DNA of 64,000 nucleotides, from assembly GCA_963844225.1 (NCBI GenBank), contig CAWJNG010000008.1, forward strand, positions 78,837-142,836, read 5' to 3'. The stretch's first letter is position 1. Each line of letters begins with the position of its first letter. The stretch comes from an uncultured Alphaproteobacteria bacterium. Lineage in GTDB: Bacteria; Pseudomonadota; Alphaproteobacteria; Sphingomonadales; Sphingomonadaceae. Made by a program: the position numbers and the translations under genes. The notes below the pieces were generated by a model. The model was given only the letters and a program-made list of their open reading frames with translations. It ran no database searches and had not been told where the DNA came from. Positions 1-9,986 of the stretch are shown here, piece by piece.

Positions 1-2617
1 CGGATAAGGGGTAGATGCCAAGAGCGAGATGACTGCATCGTCGCGAAATATGCCATTGTCGACGATCAGCATATTGTCGAACAGGATGCCCTCGTCATGG
101 ATTGTGCGGCTGTCAGGCGGCATCGACCCGGGCGCGATGCCGCCTATATCGGCATGATGGCCGCGTGCGGCGACGAAGAAGGCCGGGGAGTTCTGGCTGT
201 TCGGTGACGAACACCGGCATGACCACGGTGATGTCAGGCAAATGCGTGCCGCCGTCATAGGGGGCGTTAAGCGCATAGGCATCACCAGCGCGGATGCCGC
301 GCCCGTCGCGAGGTTGACCGCGCTCATCAGTGCCGCGCTGGCGCAATATGGTGCGGACGCTCTCGCCCATCGAGCCCAGATGCACTGGCATGTGCGGCGC
401 GTTGGCGACAAGCCGGCCTTGCGCATCAAACAGCGCGCAGGAAAAATCGAGCCGTTCGCGGATATTGATCGACGAGGCGCTATGTTGCAGCGCGCCGCCC
501 ATTTCCTCGGCAATCGCCATGAACAGGCTGTTGAAAATTTCAAGCCGGACGGGGTCGGGGGTGCCGGTGTCGCTTGGAGTTGATACGAGCGCAGCCGCCG
601 CGCCGGTGCGAATGAGCGATAGCGTTCCGTCCGCGAGAACCTCTGCATCCCAGCCAGGATCGACCAGCGTGGTTGACAGGGCATCGACGATGATCGCTGG
701 GCCGGGAATATGCGCGCCGGCCGGAAGGCGGTCGCGCTGATGCAGCGGGCTATTGTGCCATGCGCCCTCCCACCAGACGCGCGTGGCTTCGGGGGCAAAA
801 GCGCTCTTTGCTGTGGGGCGCGGCAGGGCAGGGGCGTCCGTCGCGGCGATGCTGACCTCTACCCGGATGCGGTCGATAACCAGATCATCATGCGGGGCAT
901 AGCCGAATTGCTGGCGAAAGGCGGCGGCAAAGGCCTGGGCAGTGCCGTCAGGCGAGGCACGCGGCAGTTCGATAACATTGTCGCTGTCGGCGAGGCGGAC
1001 GAACAGCAAGCTCGACGAGCGTCTTTCGCCGCTTTCGGTGAGTTCCGCCTCGGCTTGAACGGTGAGCTCTGCCTCGACCTGATCGAGGATAGTGGTCGAA
1101 TTGTCATCGAGGGCGATGTTGATCGTGCGTTCGCGGATCGCTGAGGGACGCGCAAGGCCCATACCAAAGGCCGATAATACGCCGGCGAGCGGATGGAGAA
1201 TGATGCGCCCGATGCCGAGTGCGTCGGCAACGAGACAGACATGCTGCCCGCCCGCGCCGCCGAAACCGACCAGCGCATAATTCTGGGTGACATCATGCCC
1301 GCGCGCTATCGAGATGCGCTTGATCGCATTGGCCATTTGCTGAACCGCGATGGCCAGCAGGCCTTCGGCAAGAGCTTCAGGCCTGAGCGATTGGCCGGTT
1401 GCGGCGTTCACTTCGGCGGTGAGCGCGCCAAAGCGCGCGGCGACCGCGTGCGTATCGAGCGCTTCATTGCCTTGTGCGCCAAACAGGCGCGGGAAATGGG
1501 CAGGGCTGATTTTGCCGAGCAGGACGTTGCAGTCAGTGACGGTGAGCGGTCCGCCACGCCCATAAGCGGCAGGGCCGGGGTTGGCGCCTGCACTTTCGGG
1601 GCCGACGAGGAGACGTGCCCCGTCCCAGCGACAGATCGAGCCGCCGCCCGCTGCGACGGTGTGAATGCGCAACATCGGAGCACGAATGCGGGTGCCCGCG
1701 ACCATCGTTTCATTGTCGCGCTCTAGCCGGCCGGCATAATGGCTGACGTCGGTCGAGGTGCCGCCCATGTCGAATCCGATGAGTTGCGACAGGCCGAGCG
1801 CTTCAGCGATTCCGACCATGCCGACGATACCTCCTGCGGGTCCCGACAATATGGCGTCGCGGCCGTGAAAATTGTCCGCTGCGGCCAGTCCGCCTGAGCT
1901 TTTCATAAACTGCGGCGCAATGTCATCGCCGAGCGCTGTGCACACCTGATCAACATAACGGCGCAAGATGGGGGAAAGATAAGCGTCGGCGAGGGTCGTA
2001 TCGCCGCGTCCGATAAGCTTTATGAGCGCGCTGACGTCGTGGCTGGTCGAGATTTGGGTGAAGCCGACCTCGCGCGCGATGGCGGCGAGCTCTTGTTCGT
2101 GGGCGGGGTAGCGATAGCCGTGCATCAACACGATTGCGATGCTGTCGAGGCCGCTTTTGTGCGCGGCGGACATCGCGGCGCGGGCGGCCTCGCGGTCGAG
2201 CGGGGTGACGACGTCTCCGTCGGCGGTGACCCGTTCGGCAATCTCGATCACCGCAGCATGGGGCGGGGCGGGGCGGTGGTGGGCGCGAGCGAACAGGTCA
2301 GGCCGATCCTGCGTCCCAATCGTGAGCGCGTCTTTAAAACCCTGCGTGATCGCGAGCAAGGTCGGCGCGCCCTTACGCTCAAGCAACGCATTGGTGGCGA
2401 CGGTCGACCCCATGCGGATGGCGCAAGGGGGAATCGCGCCAGTAGGGCAGGCGGTAAGATCGCGAATTGCATTGACCGCTGCGTCGCCAGGACGGGCGGG
2501 GTCTTCGCTGAGATATTTGGCGGTGACGACCGCGCCATCGGGGCGTTGCGCCACGACATCGGTAAAAGTGCCGCCGCGATCGATCCAGAAGTGCCAGTCG
2601 TTGCGCGGTTCAGTCAT
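1..2617 (-). pseudogene. 5-oxoprolinase / N-methylhydantoinase A+B fusion (HyuA-HyuB type); frame broken near 185-188; 3' part runs off the left edge
   Basis: ORF 113..2617 begins MTEPRNDWHFWIDRGGTFTDVV (hydantoinase A) and continues into the hydantoinase B domain (..NAPYDGGTHLPDITVVMPVF). After ..TEQPELP the called frame becomes an Arg-rich tail and stops at 113. The +1 frame reads AFFVAARGHHADIGGIAPGSMPPDSRTIHDEGILFDNMLIV.. (conserved HyuB motif) with no stop down to base 1. The shift maps to a G4/C4 run at 185-188. Confidence 0.75.
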
Positions 2618-4271
2618 TGATCGGCCAGTGGATCCTTATGGTCAGGCTATGGTCGCCCGCGGTGCGCGTCCACTCGCCCTTGAGCTGGCGCTCGATCAGC
2701 GACCGGATGAAGTGCGAGCCGAAATTTTCCTGATCAAACACCGGCGTCTCGCTAAGCGCGCTTTCGATCCAGCGCAAGCTTAGCTCATTGCCTTCGCGTT
2801 GCCAGTCGACGACAAGGTCTCCCTCACCTGACAGCGCGCCATATTTGACGCTGTTGGTGGCCAGTTCGTGAACAGCGAGCGAGATAGCCTGCGCTGCTTC
2901 GTCCTCAAGAGCCACCGTCGGGCCAGCGATGGTGTCGACCTTGGCGTCGGGCCAACCGGCGAGTTGTAGCTCTTTGCGAACAATTGCCCCCAGTTCTACC
3001 GTGTCCACGGTGCCGGTAACGAGGAGCTGTTTGGCATTGGACAGCGCGCGCAATCGGCCATCAAAGCGCTGTTCAAAATCGGTAAGATTACCCGTTTCAT
3101 GCAGAGTGATGCGCGCAAGCGCGCCGATGCGCGCGAAAGCGTTCTTCATCCGGTGCGCCATTTCTCCCATCATCAACTCGCGGTCTTCGGCATGGCGCGC
3201 CCGTTCTTCAGCCAGCTCTTGGAGGTCGCCGATGCGGCGGCGCTGCACATTATGAAGCTGTGCCGCGACCAGAGCCAGCGCGATGCCGAAGACAAGAATG
3301 CCTAGCGGGCGGCCAAGGCGACCGGTGAAGCGGCCATAAGAAAGGCGGATCGACCAGGTCCGGTCGGCGACATGGATCAGCTCATCATGCCCGCCCCAGT
3401 GCATTGTGCCGTGGCTGTAAATCAGCGGCGCGCCGGTTTGGATTCCGGCGCGCACTTCGATGCCCTTGATCGCCGTTAGTTGCGAACCGAGCACGGCCTT
3501 CATCAGATCATGAGTGCGAAAAGGCGCAAAAACAAATCCTTCGACCGGGCGGGGCTGCGTGTCGGATGCAGCGGGGTCGATGCTGTCCCTCCTTTCGTCC
3601 GTGGTCGCAAGGGACGGATCAGACATCGCGCCGTCACCCGAATTTTCGTCTTGGTGCGCATAAAGCGGGAGGTAGATCAGGAATCCTGGTTGCTTTGCCT
3701 GCCCACCCTCTTGCACCAAATGGACAAGATTGCTGGCAGCCGGCCTACCCGACCGCCAGGCGCGCTGCATCGCTTCGCGGCGGACGGGTTCGCTGTACAT
3801 ATCAAAACCCAGCGCCCTTTTATTGCGTACATTATTGGGTTCGATCAGCACGATGGGAAAGCCGATGGGCTGGTCGCTGTCGGGCCACACAGGGATCGTG
3901 CGTCCATAGTTTTTGAACAATCGCTCCTCGACCGCCGAAGGGGTTGCGTGTTGCATTGCGACCGCAATCCCGACGCCCTCCATTCCCGGTGCGCGAATTT
4001 GCGGTTGTAACGCGGCTAAGAAGGTCCGGATTGCAGGACCACTCGACGTGGGGCTGGATTGATAAAAGGCGCGGACGCTTTCGAGAACAGCCAGTTGATC
4101 CTTGAGATGGACATCGATCTGCGTCGCTAGCCGGCTGGCCTGCTCGGCCTCTTGTCTCTGATTATAGACGAAACTCCCCACCGCCGTGATGAGGGTGGCA
4201 AGCAGGATAACCAGCCCGACAAAGCGAACCAGCAGCCCAATCAGCCGATCTGCCCAAGGAAATGGGCGCAT
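2610..4271 (-). CDS. membrane sensor histidine kinase: periplasmic CHASE-like domain plus HWE/HisKA_2-type kinase core
   Basis: ORF 2610..4337; likely start is Met23 at 4271 (MRPFPWADRLIGLLVRFVGLVILLATLI, a TM helix). A second TM helix (LGILVFGIALALVAAQL) is followed by the H-box EMAHRMKNAFARIGALARI and the ATPase region HELATNSVKYGAL. The stop overlaps the oxoprolinase start (ATGACTGA). Confidence 0.8.
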   Translation of the reverse strand: MRPFPWADRLIGLLVRFVGLVILLATLITAVGSFVYNQRQEAEQASRLATQIDVHLKDQLAVLESVRAFYQSSPTSSGPAIRTFLAALQPQIRAPGMEGVGIAVAMQHATPSAVEERLFKNYGRTIPVWPDSDQPIGFPIVLIEPNNVRNKRALGFDMYSEPVRREAMQRAWRSGRPAASNLVHLVQEGGQAKQPGFLIYLPLYAHQDENSGDGAMSDPSLATTDERRDSIDPAASDTQPRPVEGFVFAPFRTHDLMKAVLGSQLTAIKGIEVRAGIQTGAPLIYSHGTMHWGGHDELIHVADRTWSIRLSYGRFTGRLGRPLGILVFGIALALVAAQLHNVQRRRIGDLQELAEERARHAEDRELMMGEMAHRMKNAFARIGALARITLHETGNLTDFEQRFDGRLRALSNAKQLLVTGTVDTVELGAIVRKELQLAGWPDAKVDTIAGPTVALEDEAAQAISLAVHELATNSVKYGALSGEGDLVVDWQREGNELSLRWIESALSETPVFDQENFGSHFIRSLIERQLKGEWTRTAGDHSLTIRIHWPIND

Positions 4272-4436
4272 TTTTATTGTCCTGCTTACTAGCTGCAGCT
4301 GCAGCGTCCCCGAGACATTATGTTCCATGCAATGCAATGATTAGCAAGGGCAATATATGGCAGATATTGCGGCACGGCCTTGGGTTGCGTCGTGCAACGT
4401 ATCGCGTAACATGGCTGACAGAACAGGAGTTGAAGC

Positions 4437-5084
4437 ATGATTATTTACGGGTCGTTGGTGTCGCCATTTGTACGCAAAGTCTTAGGCTATCTGGGCGAGA
4501 AAGGACTGGAGTTCGAGGTCAAAGGCGTCGGCATCGGCGATCCCGATCCCGATTTTCGCGCCGCATCGCCGCTGGGCAAAATGCCCGCGATGCAGGACGG
4601 CGACTATCGGCTCGCCGATTCAAGCGCGATCATTCATTATCTTGAAGCCAAATATCCCGATCCTATGATGATTCCGACCGAGGCCGAGGCGCGCGGACGC
4701 GTCATCTGGTGGGACGAGTTTGGCGATACTGTGCTCGCCGCATGTGGTGGAAAAATGTTCTTTAATCGCATTGTTTCGCCGAAATTTCTGGGCCGCGAAG
4801 GTGATCTGGCGGCAGCCGATCTCGCCGAAACCGAAGAGCTGCCCAAGCTGCTGGCCTATTTGGAAGAGGCCATTCCAGCCAGCGGGTTTCTGGTCGGTGA
4901 CGCGATCAGCCTTGCCGATATTGCCGTCGCGTCGAGCTTTGTGAACCTGCGTCACTGCGGAGTCCGGATTGACCCGGTGACCTATCCTAAAATTGCCGCA
5001 TGGAGCGACGCTATTTTGGCGCGCCCCAGCCTGGCGCCGTGGATCGATAAGGAAGAACGAATGATGGCAAAGGTGATGGCGTAA
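4437..5084 (+). CDS. glutathione S-transferase family protein
   Basis: 215 aa. N-terminal thioredoxin-like GST fold (MIIYGSLVSPFVRKVLGYLGEKGLEFE..), C-terminal helical domain, typical size. Confidence 0.85.
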   Translation: MIIYGSLVSPFVRKVLGYLGEKGLEFEVKGVGIGDPDPDFRAASPLGKMPAMQDGDYRLADSSAIIHYLEAKYPDPMMIPTEAEARGRVIWWDEFGDTVLAACGGKMFFNRIVSPKFLGREGDLAAADLAETEELPKLLAYLEEAIPASGFLVGDAISLADIAVASSFVNLRHCGVRIDPVTYPKIAAWSDAILARPSLAPWIDKEERMMAKVMA

Positions 5085-5090
5085 ACGCCG

Positions 5091-6056
5091 TTAAAGCCAG
5101 CCGATGCGTTTAAAACGCCAGTAGAGCAGTGTGCAAATCGAGGCCATAAACGCGATCGATAGGGGATAACCGGCGCGCCAGTGCAATTCGGGCATGGCGA
5201 CGAAGTTCATGCCATAGATACCGGCAATGGCGGTGGGTACGGCAAGGATCGCCGCCCATGCGGCAAGCTGGCGTGTGATAATGCCCTGGCGTTGTTGTTC
5301 TAGTAATCCATTGGTTTCGATGACGCTGGCCATGATGTCGCGCAAGCCGGTGAGGCGGAATTCGGCGCGGGCGAGATGGTCGAGGATATCGCGGAAGAAG
5401 GGGCGCGTTGCCTCGTCGATGCACGGCAGGTCGAGCGTCGTCAGGCGGCCGACCACATCCTTCATCATTCCGATGATGCGCTGAAAGCGGATAAGCTCAT
5501 GGCGCTGCGCCAGCAAATGGCGGATCTGCGCGGCGTCGAGCGAGGTTTCGGTGACGCGATCCTCCATGTCGAGCACCGCTTCCTCGATAGTGTCGATGAC
5601 CGGAAAATAGCGATCGACGATATAGTCGATGACGCCGTGAAGCGCCGCGTCCGGCCCATGCGAAAGCCGCGCCGGATTGGCTTCCAGTTTTTCGCGGACC
5701 TGACTGTGCGTGCGCGCCGAGGCATGGCGGACGGTGACGATGAAATTGGGACCGACGAAAATGGCGGTCTCACCCTGTGCGATGTCGCCCTCTTCAAGAT
5801 GCGCGGTTCGCGTGATGACGAACAATTGTTCGCCATAAACCTCGACCTTGGGAAGCTGGTTCGCCTTGAGCGCATCCTCCACCGCGAGCGGGTGAAGTCC
5901 AAAGCGCAGCGCAATGCGCGCCAGCTCGTCGGGGTGGGGTTCGTATAGGCCAAGCCAGAAAAATTCGTCGGTGCAATCCTCGGGAATCGTCTCGTCATGT
6001 TCAAGATCGCGGATGCGCTGACCATTGCGATAGAGACGGGCGGCCATGATCGGCAT
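5091..6056 (-). CDS. corA: CorA-family Mg2+/Co2+ transporter
   Basis: 321 aa. C-terminal pair of TM helices with the signature GIYGMNF. Confidence 0.9.
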   Translation of the reverse strand: MPIMAARLYRNGQRIRDLEHDETIPEDCTDEFFWLGLYEPHPDELARIALRFGLHPLAVEDALKANQLPKVEVYGEQLFVITRTAHLEEGDIAQGETAIFVGPNFIVTVRHASARTHSQVREKLEANPARLSHGPDAALHGVIDYIVDRYFPVIDTIEEAVLDMEDRVTETSLDAAQIRHLLAQRHELIRFQRIIGMMKDVVGRLTTLDLPCIDEATRPFFRDILDHLARAEFRLTGLRDIMASVIETNGLLEQQRQGIITRQLAAWAAILAVPTAIAGIYGMNFVAMPELHWRAGYPLSIAFMASICTLLYWRFKRIGWL

Positions 6057-6095
6057 AGGCGGGTCCTTTGCTTGGGCGGGCGGCGTGCTACCTCT

Positions 6096-7775
6096 TTACT
6101 GCCGCGCGGCGGCGCTTTTGTCTCGCAACTCCTTAAACTCCGAGCCGGCTTTCCATGTCGGCCAGCGCGTCGAATAGGCTAGATCATTGCCGATGTCGTA
6201 CAACACCGCAATATCCTGCACCGCTCCGGCAAGGTCCCAGTTCTTGCTCCACGCATCGCACGCCTGATGATAGCATTTGCCGGTATAGGCATCGACCCAC
6301 GCCTGCCCCGCAATCTTGCCGCCGTCGACCAGGTCGCTGGCGCCCGCAATGCCCATCAGCAGGAGGACAGGAACACCGCGTTTGGCGAGGCTGAAATGAT
6401 CGGCGCGATAGAAAAGCCCGCGCTCGGGCAGGCTTTCGGGAGCCACGGTGCGGCCTTGTTTGGCGGCGAAACGGGCAAGGTCATCTTCCAGGCTGTCCTG
6501 CCCCTTGCCGACCAATATAACGTCACGCGATTTTCCTGCGGTCTGCAAAATGTCGAGGGTCAGGTTGGCGACCGTAGTTTCGAGCGGATAAATGGGGCGG
6601 GTGGCATAGCTTTCAGAGCCAAGTAGCCCACGCTCCTCGGCAGTCCAAAATGCGAAGACGAGGCTGCGGTCGGGGGCGGGCTGGCGCTTGAACTGGCGGG
6701 CGATTTCGAGCAGTCCGGCAACACCTAGTGCATCGTCATTGGCACCTGCGCGATAGATATGGCCGTCTTCGTCGGGCGCACCTTCGCCATAGGCGTCCCA
6801 ATGTGCGCCAAACATCACGACTTGGTCGGGGTGCGTTTTGCCTGGGATTTTGGCGAGGACATTCTGGCTTTGCACAACCTCATGCGCCACCGGATAAGCC
6901 GCCTTGAGCGTCACGCCGGACAGTGAAACCGGCTTGAACGCCTTGGTCCGCGCCGCCGCGCGCAGTTTGGCGAGATCGAGTCCCGCGCTGGAGAATAATT
7001 TGGTCGCGGTGTCGCCCGAAATCCAACCTTGCAGCGAAAGGCTTGTGACCTGATCGGCGGGACGGACGATGTCATAATTTTCACCGCCAGGACTTTCGAC
7101 GACGTTCCACCCATATCCCGCCGCCTCTGTTTCGTGAATGATGAGCGCGGCGACCGCGCCGCGCCGCGAGGCTTCTTCAAACTTATAAACCCAGCGGCCA
7201 TAATAGGTCATTGTCCGGCCGCCGAATTTGCCCGCAACCGCCTCCCCCTCGGCGGCAGCAAAATCGGGGTCGTTGACGAGGAAGACGGCGACTTTGCCTT
7301 TGAGGTCCTGTCCCTTGAAATCGTCCCAGCCGCGTTCGGGCGCGGTGACGCCATAGCCGACGAAGACCAGCGGCGCATTGTCCACCGCTGCAATGTCATT
7401 CGATTGCAGGGTCGAGACATAGATGTCGGTGCCGTTCGCCAGTTGCTGCGCGGTGCCATCATGGTCGAATTCGAGCGTAGTCGGCGTGCCAAGGCGCGTG
7501 TGAAGCAGCGGAACGGGCTGGGTCCAGCCGCCATCGACCCCGCCAGGTTCGAGCCCCAGCGCCTGCAATCGTCCGATCAGATAGCCGGTCGTGCGATATT
7601 CGCCGACGGTCCCCGGCGCGCGCCCCTGAAACTGGTCCGATGCCAGCGTTCTGACCGTCGCGGTCAGTTGATCAGCGTCGATGGTGGTGAGCGCCGCGTC
7701 CTGCGCCGCGGCGGGCGCGGTGAGGGTTGCGAGCAAGAGAGCAGCGGCAGAGGCGAGGCGCATGGCAATTCTCAT
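6096..7775 (-). CDS. secreted M28-family aminopeptidase with PA domain
   Basis: 559 aa. Signal peptide MRIAMRLASAAALLLATLTAPAAAQ. M28 metal-ligand context (GAHWDAYG, NDDALG, FWTAEERGLLGS, ADH). Confidence 0.8.
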   Translation of the reverse strand: MRIAMRLASAAALLLATLTAPAAAQDAALTTIDADQLTATVRTLASDQFQGRAPGTVGEYRTTGYLIGRLQALGLEPGGVDGGWTQPVPLLHTRLGTPTTLEFDHDGTAQQLANGTDIYVSTLQSNDIAAVDNAPLVFVGYGVTAPERGWDDFKGQDLKGKVAVFLVNDPDFAAAEGEAVAGKFGGRTMTYYGRWVYKFEEASRRGAVAALIIHETEAAGYGWNVVESPGGENYDIVRPADQVTSLSLQGWISGDTATKLFSSAGLDLAKLRAAARTKAFKPVSLSGVTLKAAYPVAHEVVQSQNVLAKIPGKTHPDQVVMFGAHWDAYGEGAPDEDGHIYRAGANDDALGVAGLLEIARQFKRQPAPDRSLVFAFWTAEERGLLGSESYATRPIYPLETTVANLTLDILQTAGKSRDVILVGKGQDSLEDDLARFAAKQGRTVAPESLPERGLFYRADHFSLAKRGVPVLLLMGIAGASDLVDGGKIAGQAWVDAYTGKCYHQACDAWSKNWDLAGAVQDIAVLYDIGNDLAYSTRWPTWKAGSEFKELRDKSAAARQ

Positions 7776-7931
7776 TCTTGTTGGAAGAGGGAGTTAAATG
7801 GACGTTGGGGCTAGCCTAACATGCTGAGCGATATTTTAAAATTGATCATGCCCAAAATGGCCAAATCGAGTCTGAGGACTGCTCTCTTTTCCGTCTTGCT
7901 TTCACTTTGAAACAGGGGCACCTCACCATTT

Positions 7932-8657
7932 ATGAGCGCTCCTTCTGACCGAGCCGACATGCCCGATCCCGGCCCTGCGCCGGGGGTTGAAGCGCGATTG
8001 GCGCGGCTTGAGGAGCAGCTGGCGGCGCAAGCAGGGTCGGGTAAACAATCTTCGGTGCAGCGCGCGCTAAGATTTCTCCCCCTCCTCGCCGTGAGCAATT
8101 TTCTGGTCGCGGTGCCGGCGTTTTTATTGTCGGTCGCTGTAGCCTATTTCACTTTTGTCGGGGCCGAGGCTACCGAGAAGATGCAGATTGCGAGCGTGTG
8201 GCCGCACATATCCTATGAATCGTCGAACCAGTCGGCCGAAGGATTGCCGCTCATCCGGTTGTCGCTGACGAACAAGGGGGTCGGCCCTGCCACGATCAAG
8301 GGACTGGAGATTCGGCACCGCGAGCGCGCCTATACGGGGTTTGCCGAGATATTGACGGCTTGCTGTCTGGAGCAACCCCAGCCGCTGTCGCTGGGCATGG
8401 CGAGCATAGTGGGAGAGGTGTTGCGGCCGGGCGATGATCTGATGTTCGCGCAGCTCGACCGTGCAAAGGTCCCTGACGAGCTGTGGACGCGGTTCGACAA
8501 GGAGCGACTGAACCTGAAGGTGCGTGTCTGCTATTGTTCGGTGTTCGACGATTGTTGGATCTCGAACGGCAGCGACAGCAAAACCCAGCCGGTCAAACAA
8601 TGCCCGCTGGACTGGACGCAGTTTCATGGCTCGCCGCAGCTGACCGGCCGTGAATAG
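7932..8657 (+). CDS. hypothetical single-pass membrane protein with Cys-rich C-terminal domain
   Basis: 241-aa ORF with genome-typical codon bias. One TM helix (FLPLLAVSNFLVAVPAFLLSVAVAYF). No family recognised and no strong SD, so the start is uncertain. Confidence 0.5.
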   Translation: MSAPSDRADMPDPGPAPGVEARLARLEEQLAAQAGSGKQSSVQRALRFLPLLAVSNFLVAVPAFLLSVAVAYFTFVGAEATEKMQIASVWPHISYESSNQSAEGLPLIRLSLTNKGVGPATIKGLEIRHRERAYTGFAEILTACCLEQPQPLSLGMASIVGEVLRPGDDLMFAQLDRAKVPDELWTRFDKERLNLKVRVCYCSVFDDCWISNGSDSKTQPVKQCPLDWTQFHGSPQLTGRE

Positions 8658-8710
8658 GCGAGTATAGGCGTCGCGACGCGATGGCCCGCGCCTTGTGTTA
8701 TCAAGCGACG

Positions 8711-9052
8711 TTAGTCGGCTGGGCGGGTATTTGTTGCCGAATAGTCCATGAACTTGTCGCTGAAGTTGAGATAATAATCGTCGATCTGTGCCTTGGCATC
8801 ATCATCCGCATCGGAGGCAGAATAACCGCTGGCTTTGTCGAGGGCGATAACTGCATCGCGAAACATATCGCGCTCTTTGGTGCAAACGGTCTTGATCGCG
8901 GCTTCATAATCGATGTCCGACATTTTGGCATCGAGTGATTTTTTCATGTGTACGCGCAGGCATTTGGCGAAGGTTTCCCGCGACGTGTCGACCATTTGGG
9001 ACGGCGTGGCTACCGCGACGGCCAGTGAGAGGAATAATGGTGAAAAAATCAT
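8711..9052 (-). CDS. small secreted hypothetical protein
   Basis: Start refined to Met28 of ORF 8711..9133 (MIFSPLFLSLAVAVATPSQ, a signal peptide), preceded by SD GGGGAG with a 7-nt spacer. Visibly more A/T-rich than its neighbours. Confidence 0.5.
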   Translation of the reverse strand: MIFSPLFLSLAVAVATPSQMVDTSRETFAKCLRVHMKKSLDAKMSDIDYEAAIKTVCTKERDMFRDAVIALDKASGYSASDADDDAKAQIDDYYLNFSDKFMDYSATNTRPAD

Positions 9053-9986
9053 CGTGCGACTCCCCGTGTCGATGGAAATATTGTGAAGAGAATAGAGGAT
9101 GGCAATCGAAAATGGGAGCGCCTTTTTGATCAAGACGGGTGAGAGCGCTTGGTCACCTGCTTTTCCGGCTGAGCCGGCAAGCGCTGTCGTGCGCCATCGA
9201 CGCTATTGAACGATGTCTTGACCAAATCTAGCTTTGAAAGCGGCGCGAGGATGCCGCACCAGATAATATTTATGCGTCTCGACTTTGTCGCCGCCGCATT
9301 GACCCCAGGAACAATCTGACGAGCGACTGGCGGCTCTTAGCGATATCGCATCCTGCTGCGCGAGCGAGCGGCCGCCGCGATAGGATGGTGGAAGCATAGC
9401 TTCCTTTTGCCTCTGATGATTAGAAGATTTGGCTCTATATCCCCTAATATCAGGGACGAATGGAAAAAGAGCGATCGGGTGACTCCGCGCGCGCTTTGGC
9501 CTGCCTTTTCTTCTCATTGCACCGCCAGGAAGAAAATTGCGCATAATGAGGTGCTGACGCGGGGTCGCCATGCTGGTCTAGCGCAGTTGTAAGGCGGGAG
9601 CGCAAGTAACGCGGCCGGCTGGTCAGGGGAGGCCAAGCAAATCGCACTGTAAAGTGAGGACATAAGGTGATTTGCTCGAAATATCATCTTCAGGCTTCCG
9701 GACAGGAAAATACTGCGATTCTATCGAGATAGATCGAATGCGCCGCCTATTCGGCGCTTATCCCGTGAGGGAAAAATGTTTGATTCGGGCTGCTTACGAC
9801 ATGCTCGACGCTCTCTCTCCCCTATTGGTAGATCAGGGCGTGTTGAATTCGGGCTAAATTTTCCCCCACAAGGGCCCAAAGTGCGACTTTTTAGCAACAG
9901 AATGACGATTTGTTGTCTTGCACGGAACCAAAGGCACGAGTAGGACGTCTTCGAGAAGTATATCTCAATTGAAAGGGGAATTTACT

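Noticed and set aside
9203-9571. The 122-aa track ORF in the long spacer upstream of the ompA-like gene.
   Set aside because: The N-terminal two-thirds has no coding character (Arg/Pro/Lys-rich, no SD). Only the internal 64-codon version has a credible SD, and that is kept as a low-confidence finding rather than a feature.
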